Shown here one piece after another: positions 25,134 to 33,514 of a DNA stretch of 33,514 nucleotides (within the stretch, counting starts at the first letter, position 1; every line of letters begins with the position of its first letter). A program made the translations under genes and the position numbers. The DNA comes from Nemertoderma westbladi. Taxonomy: Eukaryota; Animalia; Xenacoelomorpha. The DNA lies in the NCBI GenBank assembly GCA_032718475.1, contig JAUCBJ010008141.1, positions 1 through 33,514 on the forward strand. The letters are read 5' to 3'. The notes beneath the pieces are model-generated. The model was given only the letters and a program-made list of their open reading frames with translations. It did not search any database and had not been told where the DNA came from.

Positions 25134-26058
25134 GGACTTAGAAAGAAAGGGGAAACTCATGTCCCTTTAGGGGCTCCGTACATATTTTTGCTATGCTAAT
25201 ATCTTCATCATGTTCCCAAATCACGGACATGAAATTATTGCATTGCAATTAAAGGCATTGAAGGTAATGGACGCATCCTGCTCTTAGGACATTCAGCTGC
25301 AATACAGTTTAGGTATGGGAGAGAAAATTTTAGAAAATGGAATGCGGCGCGGTTTTAATGAGATCACGCTCAGACCAGACCGCCCACAGTTCTAATTCAT
25401 TTGTATCTGGAAATCAGATTTCCACTTAATATTGAAATTGTCCCCAACAGAGAAAGGCGGAGTAGAAATCTCAAGGCTATTAACGTTAAGTGACATCTCG
25501 CTGTTATACAACCCCATCTTTCCGCGCATTAAAACTACCAATTGTCGGTCATTATATTTCTATGTCAGTTTGAATCCCCAATTTAATGTATCAGGTAATA
25601 GGAGTAAGTCATTAAGGATAGAGGAACCGTTTCTTTGGTTTCGGGTTTCGTCCTCGCCAAGCAGCGTGGCAGCGGATTTAATGATTATGGGATTATTTAT
25701 CCTTCTTATGGCCTGAATTGCAAATTAGAAAGTAACTAGACACGCAACATCTTTGTATTTATAATAATTTTGAACTAAAACTAAAAAGATACTTTCTAAT
25801 AAACCATGTAAAATAAACCCAAAATGTGGAAATTAAAATTTTATGCCAATGAAATTCTTGTTCTCGGATAACAAAACTTTTTACTTGTTGTTCTATATGT
25901 TTTATAATTCTAATTTTCATCAATAATACTGTATGCCGCATACAGTATATAGGTCTACTAATGCGGGCCTGGTATACATGCAAAATAAATTATCGTCACC
26001 ACTAGTAGTATTGAAATGAAGAAAGTATATTCTTTCAAGCAAGCTGGGTGGCTGAGTG

Positions 26059-26130
26059 GACCCTAGAGGGACTCGAACTCACAACCAATAGATTGCAGGC
26101 CAGGCGTTCAACCAACTGAGCTACCCCGTC
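26059..26130 (-). mobile_element. tRNA-derived SINE head or tRNA pseudogene
   Basis: Minus strand GACGGGGTAGCTCAGTTGGTTGAACGCC...GTGAGTTCGAGTCCCTCTAGGGTC has a Pol III A box (TAGCTCAGTTGG) and B box (GTTCGAGTC) at tRNA spacing, but the acceptor, anticodon and T stems pair poorly. Confidence 0.7.
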
Positions 26131-27112
26131 TTGGAATTTAGGCCTACTATAGGAAACACATTGGAGTAAGTTAGTAAGTTAAGTTGGAGTATTGGTTCCA
26201 GTTAGTATTTCTACTTTTCATACAGAATTCGTCAAAACGATTATTTTTGATTAATTTTATTATTATTGATGTCGCTGTCAAACCTCATTGAGCTAGTCGC
26301 CTTTCTTTTTGACGCGTTTGTGGCGGCGTGCTGCTGGGTGGTGGCCTACTGCTGCGAGGTGGCCTGCTGCTACGAGGTGCCTTATGTATTTGACAACTAT
26401 TGTAACCTAATCAACCAAAGTTAGCTGACCCTGCCAACCTCAGACAGATGAATAATATATTAAACGATTTATGTCAAAGGGTGCGCTGTTGTGCGCCATC
26501 ATAGGATTTGAGTTTAGGTTATTAGCAGTTTATAGTACCTTTCAATCACTTTCCTATCACCTTGGTTCTCCAAATGAAATAGACAAATCTAAATAAAGTT
26601 CAACTTGCAAGAAATAATAATAATTATAAATTATCTTCAGAATCGAACAACAGAATCAATTTTAGTAATTAGCTACGAATTCAAGGTGAAAATTAATTAT
26701 TTATTATATGGGAAAAAACGTTTTTCACGATTTTCGAGGCAATTTATTTACCGAGAGTCAGCGAGGTTAATAAAGGGTCGAGAGAATATTGGAAAAATGT
26801 TCTACGTTTTGTTTCCTGTGTAATAAGTAATTTTTTCTTAAATTGGTACATTTTGTTGCTCAATTCTTTGATAAAAGATAGAGTGATATACAGTTCAGTA
26901 GTGTTACAAAATAACTTGACCGTAGTATTTTGTCGGTAATTAGAACATCCTTGTTTCAGACACCGAAACGCGACCATTTTTTTAAACAAATTAACTATTA
27001 TTGTCCCCATTTCGACCCTTTTTCTGGAACAAAATGTCATATATTTTTATTTATTTTATAATATAGGCGAATATAGGCCTAGCAATATTTGTGCAGTTTC
27101 TACAGGTAACCT

Positions 27113-27225
27113 TTAGGGTTTGTTAGTTAGGTTTGCGGTTGGGGTTAGGGTTGGGGCAGGCTTAGGGTTGGGGTAGGCTTAGGGTTGGGGCAGGCTTAGG
27201 GTTGGGGTAGGCTGAGGGTTGGGGT
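27113..27225 (+). repeat. 17-bp G-rich telomere-like repeat, left part (degenerate at its 5' edge)
   Basis: TTAGGGTTGGGG(T/C)AGGC units. Confidence 0.9.
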
Positions 27226-28871
27226 CTTCTATAACTTTATAGAAGTAAAAGGGTCTGCGTCTGTACTCCCAGATATTCCCATTGGCGATATCTCCTTTGC
27301 AGAAGTGAAGGCTGCTGCAAAGAGCATTAAGACCAATCGTGCCAGTGGAGAAGATGGTGTTCCTCCTGAGGTCTTTAAAATACCTGAGTGTTTAAAGCTC
27401 ATCTATCCCATCATAGTAGACTTTTACCGAACAACAAGAGTCCCACAAGAAATGAAAACAAATAAGTTGGTGCCAGTTCCCAAGAAGGGCAACCTAACAC
27501 TCTATGGTTCTTCTCAGTGAATCTCATTGATCTCGATTGCTGCAAAGCTATACAATAGGATTCTATTAAATCGCATCAGGGATCCCATTGAGAGACTGCT
27601 CCGTGGAAATCATAATGGGTTCCGTAAAGGTCGTGGGACTATGGAGCCCATTTTGGCAATTAGAAGGATAATTGAAGAGTTATCAAAATAGAAAGACAGG
27701 CATCTGGCTGTTATCTTTGTTGACTTCTTCAAGGCCTTTGATTCAGTCTCTCGTACACGTATGTTCAGCATACTTTCATTATATGGGATTCCTGATGAAA
27801 TTATTGCAGCAATCAGATCAGTATACGATGGTTCAACAACATTTGTGTCTACTGTTGGCGGTGACACAGAACCATTTGAAGTGTTATGGGGCGTCCTCCA
27901 GGGAGACACACTTGCACCATTCTTGTTCATAATTGTGGTTGACTATGTTCTACGCATGTCCTTAGATCATCATAATGATGATGGGGTTATGATAACTCCA
28001 CCTACTGGCTCCAGAAGTCGAGGAAATCCTGCCAAGTACCGAACTGATCTAGACTTTGCTGATGACTTAGGAGTACTCTCAGAATCACTAGAGGGAGCCC
28101 AACGGCTCCTCAGCTCATTAGAACATGCTGCTTCTAGTGTTGGTCTTTTTATTAACTCCAGAAAGACCAACATTTTGACAGTTTACTTTGATGAAAGTCC
28201 CCAGCAAGTCTCTGATCGGGTGAGCATGAGCTCAAAGAATGGTATGCTTGAGCATGTGGATAACTTCTGTTACCTGGGTTCATGGATCCGGAAGTCAGGT
28301 GAGGACCTTCGAATACGTAAGGGAAAGGCATGCGCAGCCTTGAATAGGCTTTCCAGGATTTGGAAGTCACCGAGAATTAATCGGAAACTTAAGTTCCGAT
28401 TATTTAGAGCAGCAATAGTTCCAGTACTCTATGGGAGTCCATGCTGGGCTCTAACTGCTGAGGACACCAAATCTCTGGATGGCACATTCACAAGAATGCT
28501 ACGCCGGGTTCATTGTGTACAATGAGTACAATGCACACACCTCCAACCAGACACAATATAACATAGGAGGTGTCTCATTGGTTCCCCCAAGCTTGACACT
28601 AGAACAAAATCGCCTCCGCTTTGCAGGACATTGCTTTCGCCGTGAGGACCAGCCAGTGCATAACCTTGTACTTTGGCGGCCTCATGGAGTGAATAAGCAT
28701 GGTGGACAGCCCATGACTTTCTTGAGACGCATCTTAAAGGACACTCGCCTGAAGTTGCGGATGATCTAGCAAATGTCATGGGGGATAGGGAGTTGTGGCG
28801 GCGCAATTTTGTCGACAAGCCGGCACAGCATTCTTAAAAATGCAGCTGCAATGCAGCATGCCGATTCTAGT
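27226..28871 (+). mobile_element. 5'-truncated degenerate RTE-clade LINE (RT pseudogene)
   Basis: Motifs RASGEDGVPPE, VPVPKKGNL, NGFRKGR, FVDFFKAFDS, GVLQGDTLAPFLF, DLDFADD, FCYLGS and RLRFAGHC. In-frame stops at ~27518 and ~27689 and frameshifts. Ends TAGTAG. Candidate TSD AGGGTTGGGGT at 27215-27225 and 28872-28882. Confidence 0.9.
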
Positions 28872-29259
28872 AGGGTTGGGGTAGGCTTAGGGTTGGGGTA
28901 GGCTTAGGGTTGGGGCAGGCTTAGGGTTGGGGTAGGCTTAGGGTTGGGGTAGGCTTACGGTTTGGGTAGGCTTAGGGTTGGGGTAGGCTTAGGGTTGGGG
29001 TAGGCTTAGGGTTGGGGTAGGCTTAGGGTTGGGGTAGGCTTAGGGTTGGGGTAGGCTTAGGGTTGGGGTAGGCTTAGGGTTGGGGTAGGCTTAGGGTTGG
29101 GGTAGGCTTAGGGTTGGGGTAGGCTTAGGGTTGGGGTAGGCTTAGGGTTGGGGTAGGCTTAGGGTTGGGGTAGGCTTAGGGTTGGGGTAGGCTTAGGGTT
29201 GGGGTAGGCTTAGGGTTGGGGTAGGCTTAGGGTTGGGGTAGGCTTAGGGTTGGGGTAGG
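28871..29259 (+). repeat. 17-bp G-rich telomere-like repeat, right part (~23 copies)
   Basis: (TTAGGGTTGGGGTAGGC)n, near perfect. Confidence 0.95.
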
Positions 29260-29480
29260 TGGTATTTAATGTTGAGTGTTGTGTTAAGGGAGTTTTGTTA
29301 GTTTGATTTTTTGAACGCTGTTTTTAGGCTTAGAACTATTTTTAGGCTGAATGTCGGAATTCTATATTATTTTGTAGATAATTGGATTTATCCATATTAA
29401 TGTTATTGTACTGTCCATGTCTGACCGAAGGTCGTTTATTTAACTGAAATACTTTATACTAATTTATTGTTTGTTAGTCA

Positions 29481-29593
29481 CTAGAAGTAACCGGCTTCTA
29501 TGCCGAGCATTATTCTGGCTTCTTTATGTGTCTGAGGGCTCGTTACCATGGCGGCCATGCTCTGAACATCAGTTAAGTCACTACTAATTTGAC
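29481..29593 (-). CDS. Candidate host-gene exon (possibly the last coding exon)
   Basis: Strong acceptor tttcttttcag| in phase 1, matching the phase-1 donor at 31637. Reads (G)QISSDLTDVQSMAAMVTSPQTHKEARIMLGIEAGYF*. An alternative internal donor ATG|GTAACG is present. Confidence 0.5.
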
Positions 29594-29653
29594 CTGAAAA
29601 GAAACATTAAAAAGGTCATCATCACCAGCCTACAATGCAGAAGAAGTACCGTT

Positions 29654-31414
29654 GACGTTCCGAAACAGGAATATTGATCCGCGAATACTACTACTACTAG
29701 GTCGAGCGAACTCGGACAGTGGAAATGAGATCCTTCCAGGCTTCCCGATTCTCCATAGTTGTCGCAATTTCGTTTCTCCCAAGTTCAGTATCCCTTTCAA
29801 GTTGATCTATATATGTTATGGCCGGTCGTCCACGACTACGCTTTCCATGAGTTGGTTGCCAGAAAAGTAGATCTGGTATGACCTCGTCTTTACTGCGCCA
29901 GCAGTGCCCACTGAATCTTAATCTGCGTTCACGGAGGGTGGTTGATACAGGTGGTATTGAACCATAAAGCTCGGCTTTTGTCATGTGTTGTCTCCAGCTG
30001 ATGTTTAGGGCTGCCCTTAGTAGTCTTGTGTAGCAACCATCAATTCGTTGTTCAAGTGATTTAGTCAGTGTCCAGGTCTCACCCCCGTATAAAAATACAC
30101 TTTCCACTGTGGCTCGAAAGAATTTAGTCTTCAGGTGCCTGGAGAGATCTGATTTCCAGATGGTATCCATTTTTGATAGAGCTACCCAAGCCTTTGCTTT
30201 CCTAACTTCTATGTCCTTTTTGCTACTCTCTATTCATGATCCAAGGTACTGGAAGTCGTCGACCTTCCTTAGTTGATAATTATCAATGGTTGTCAAGTTT
30301 CCATCAACATTAAAAGTCATTAAAAGTTAAAAGTAAAAACTCAGTTTCACCATCTGGTGAGAGTACCTGCGCTTCTGTGTCACAATAGAACAATCCAATG
30401 CCAGCAACAATTACTACTGGTATTCCATAAGCTCTTAGGATTTCAAGCATTTTGCCTCTATGGATGGAGTCGAAGGCCTTCTTGAAGTCAACAAAATTCA
30501 TGACTGCGGCGAGATTCTTTGACTTAATTCCTTCAATCAGTCTCCGTAGTGCAAGTATCTGAGCTATTGTTGTTCTACTTGGTCGAAATCCGTTTTGGCT
30601 CTTACGCAGTAGTCTCTCTCTGTGAGGCCTAATCCTATATAGAACCATTTTATTGTATATTTTGGCAGCTACCACAAGCAGACAGATCCCACGATAGTTC
30701 GTTGGTATAGCGAGGTCTCCTTTCTTGGGGAGAGGCGTTAGTTGACCTTTAGTCCAAATTGTTGGAGGCTTTTCCACTTTTAACATCCGGTTGCAAACAT
30801 TCGATAAAAAAAATCGTTATCTTTATTATTGGACATGCTTTTAATGCTTCTTTGGAGTTCGGCAGCTGTGAAGTCCCCTGTTTCTATAGGTAGTGTCTTG
30901 TCATATATTTTCCTTGTAGGGCTGACCTCGATGTTTGGTGGCTGCCCAAGCAAGTTGCTGAAGTGATTTTTCCACTTCCCAACACGTTCTTCTGGACTAT
31001 CGGCTTTTAGGCGCCCCTTTGCACAACTTTTCCGACCAGATACCTCATTTACAGTTTGCCAGGTAAGTCTTGATTGTTGCTATATGTGAGCAGTTGTAAT
31101 TGCTTCAATTTTATCCTGTATGTACTTTTCCTGGCTGATGTTGTAGGCCAATTTAAGATCGTCCTTAGCTTTCTCAACCTTGTTAATGTTTTTGGTTGTC
31201 GGTTGTTCTGTTTTAACTTTGTAGGCTATCTTAAGATCTTCTCTCTTACAAGTAACCTCAGAGTTTTATCCGTGAATAACCAATCAGTAACATGTGTTAA
31301 CTTTCGTTTATTGGTTTGGTTCCCTTTACAAACCTGCTCCTTTAAATAGTTTAAGTGGGGGACAACTCCTTCTGAATGGATCATTCACGGATTAGTATTC
31401 CTGTACGGAACGTC
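29654..31414. mobile_element. Small MITE-like inverted-repeat element (~170 bp) split by an RTE insertion
   Basis: GACGTTCCGAAACAGGAATATTGATCCGCGAAT (29654-29686) is imperfectly inverted as ATTCACGGATTAGTATTCCTGTACGGAACGTC (31383-31414). The match extends via CCAATCAG/CTGAATGG once the RTE is removed. Confidence 0.6.
29688..31267 (-). mobile_element. 5'-truncated RTE-clade LINE with internal deletion of the RT catalytic core
   Basis: Motifs PLPKKGDL, NYRGICL, QNGFR, FVDFKKAFDS, FQYLGS, LYGGETW and RRLRFSGHC. ORF ends RST-TAG, running into a (TAG)n tail. TSD ATCCGCGAATA (29677-29687) / ATCCGTGAATA (31268-31278). The QGDTLAP and FADD motifs are absent. Confidence 0.9.
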
Positions 31415-31637
31415 TTCTAGAATTACAACCCAAACGTTACTGATCAGATAATCTTATCTAACTGACGAATTATACCTAACTGTTTAACAATACCTCATCT
31501 AACGTTATCACATATTCAGATATACTTGTGTTCAGTTATCATATTCCCTACAAACACTTTCGAGGGTATGATTAATGATGATATATAACAGCCCTATGTA
31601 CCGGTACAACTTGTATTGATGTATATTATTTACTAAC

Positions 31638-31944
31638 CACCATTGGCAGGCTGTAACATCTTTAATGGTGATGGTTTGACTTTGGCTCGGTTTGTCAGGT
31701 GTTCCTCTAACGCTTCTCTGTTGACAGACGGACCCAGTCGTTGGTTGTATTGTATCTTCCGGGCAGATTCCTCCACCTCATCAAAGTTAAGAGGCGAAAC
31801 GAAATCTTGGAGTTCCTTAACATTCGAATAACGCCATCTGTTCATCCCAGGGTGAGGTACCATGCTGTATTTTCTCTCTCTACTATAACCCCTATCTCCA
31901 CTAGGCGTGCTTACCATCGGCAAGGCAGGTCGTTTTTTCATGGC
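31638..31944 (-). CDS. Candidate internal host-gene exon (307 bp), unknown protein
   Basis: Acceptor tttttaattaaag|GCC ATG; open for 102 codons (AMKKRPALPMVSTPSGD...LKMLQPANG); donor G|GTTAGT. Composition is GC-richer than the flanks and coding-like. Confidence 0.6.
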
Positions 31945-32029
31945 CTTTAATTAAAAAATAATATTTATAACCAAAAACAAAAATAAACGACTTCCCTATT
32001 TTTAAATTATATACCAGTAATATAATTAT

Positions 32030-32114
32030 TTATTCCACTGTGGGGCGAGCCACGCAGTCAGGGTGAGCCTTAGCGCACAATTATAATTAGTAAATAGGGC
32101 AAAATTTAAAGTCC

Positions 32115-32146
<32 letters not shown>

Positions 32147-32600
32147 TGAAAAATTCATTCGTAAATAACTTTTGAAGATTTTAACAATTTTCAACCAAAT
32201 TTTGTATGGGCATACTAGAGAAAAAGTTGCAATATTTTTGAAAGTTACGGGCAAATTCCTCACGAAATTTTGACTCCAGATCGAATCGAACTTGTTTCGA
32301 ACTTGCTCAAGTTCGCGTGCTGCGCGACGCCCCACGAACGTGCAACTTAACGGGTACCCCCTCACGAATTGTTGTTTTAACCTTTCAAACGGGCCAATAA
32401 TAACTGAATTTGGGTGAAAATGAAGGGAAATTTGTAATTGCAAATTGTCATTCCGAGATAATTTCCCTTCAAATTGGAAGCTTCCCGCTCAAAACTGTCT
32501 GTCTGGGGTCTATTTGGGGAGTGCTCCCCAAATAGAAAACGTCTATTTATTTTCCACATTAAAGTAGTAAAGTATTTATGTTTATTCAATTAATTAGGTT
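32030..32600 (+). mobile_element. DINE-1/HINE-like (non-autonomous Helentron-type) element, boundaries approximate
   Basis: A GTCCGTCTGTCT... (GTCY)n microsatellite at 32111-32143, preceded by a GC-rich GGCGAGCC..GGTGAGCC segment and followed by AATAACTTT...TTCAACCAAATTTTG, a layout typical of DINE-1-like elements. Confidence 0.45.
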
Positions 32601-32680
32601 ACTAGATGTTTGAAATATAATTATTATAAATCTACAGTATATAATTTAGTTTTTTACCACCAGACCAAGCTGAGCTTGGT

Positions 32681-32795
32681 CTGGTTCGATCCCTACATAT
32701 GGGGCAGTACTATTTGGATTAAATACTGCAGCCTAACCCAACCCTGATTTCATCCTTCCGTGGTCGATAGAAATGGGAACCAAGGCAACTTGGTG
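32681..32795 (+). mobile_element. SINE fragment (B box plus conserved-core-like segment)
   Basis: GGTTCGATCCC B box, then TTTCATCCTTCCGTGGTCGATAGAAATGGGAACCA, which resembles (from memory) a central domain shared by many metazoan tRNA-SINEs. Confidence 0.5.
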
Positions 32796-32797
32796 GC

Positions 32798-33245
32798 AAC
32801 AGAGTGGAAGGGTTTACTGTTGAAGATCACCCATAGTATGGTTGTTAACACGGTCCATTAGGAAACAGAGTGGAAGGGTTTACTGTTGAAGATCACCCAT
32901 GGTATGGTTGTTAACACGGTCCATTAGGAAACAGAGTGGAAGGGTTTACTATTGAAGATCACCCATGGTATGGTTGTTAACACGGTCCATTAGGAAACAG
33001 AGTGGAAGGGTTTACTGTTGAAGATCACCCATGGTATGGTTGTTAACACGGTCCATTAGGAAACAGAGTGGAAGGGTTTACTGTTGAAGATCACCCATGG
33101 TATGGTTGTTAACACGGTCCATTAGGAAACAGAGTGGAAGGGTTTGCTGTGGAAGATCAACCATGGTGGTGAACAGGCATTCCTTTAGGAACCAGAGTGA
33201 AAGGGTTTACTGTGGAAGATCACCCATCATGGTGGTGAACAGGAA
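32798..33245. repeat. 66-bp tandem repeat, ~6.7 copies, the last two diverged
   Basis: Unit AACAGAGTGGAAGGGTTTACTGTTGAAGATCACCCATGGTATGGTTGTTAACACGGTCCATTAGGA starting at 32798, 32864, 32930, 32996, 33062 and 33128. Confidence 0.93.
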
Positions 33246-33514
33246 TTCCTTGGCTTCACGAGCCTAAAAGATTCTCCCATTCATAATTAAGTTTTAATAA
33301 ATTATACCGTGCTAAGCACGATGAACTGCGGCTCTGAAAATTCCCCCCTAGCGGCAGACAGATGAACTGTAAAAGTGCATGTGTGTAGAATTTCTAATTA
33401 AGAAATGCTCGTAGGTTGCTACTACCAAATTTCAGATGAATCTCATGGTTGGTTCTATAGTTACAGCTACTTTTACATTTCTCAGCCAATTAGATTTGTT
33501 TCAACAACAGTTTA

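Noticed and set aside
26059-26130. Functional tRNA (Cys or Ala)
   Set aside because: The acceptor, anticodon and T stems have multiple mismatches; only the A and B boxes are retained.
28871-29259. True telomere or telomerase-added tract
   Set aside because: It has a fixed 17-bp composite unit rather than (TTAGGG)n and is internal, with unique sequence on both sides.
33310-33375. Possible hammerhead ribozyme (GATGAACTG twice, GAAA)
   Set aside because: No CTGATGA/CTGANGA core with correctly placed stems could be built.

Overview
AT-rich, repeat-dense eukaryotic (metazoan, probably invertebrate) genomic DNA. There are no operons, CRISPR arrays or other prokaryotic systems. Contents: (1) a near full-length two-ORF non-LTR retrotransposon (7-4285): coiled-coil/RRM-type ORF1, then APE-RT-CCHC ORF2 with one frameshift in an A7 run, and a (TAATC)n tail. 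Its ORF2 has no ATG ahead of the endonuclease and overlaps the end of ORF1 at a G_GUU_UUU-stop slippery site; this is the most interesting signal in the window. (2) An L2-type 3' fragment, MITEs, tRNA-SINE remnants and a DINE-1/HINE-like element. (3) Two 5'-truncated, degenerate RTE-clade LINEs with candidate 11-bp TSDs: one inserted in a TTAGGG-containing 17-bp G-rich array, the other in a MITE inside an intron. (4) About 14 kb of unrelated tandem arrays (43, 54, 31, 11, 70/39/20, 17 and 66 bp units), some with polarised variant gradients and higher-order duplications. (5) A few candidate host exons: a + strand terminal exon resembling a membrane-protein tail (PPxY plus C-terminal TKL) and a phase-compatible - strand exon pair. 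Most long ORFs in the ORF track are artefacts of tandem repeats.
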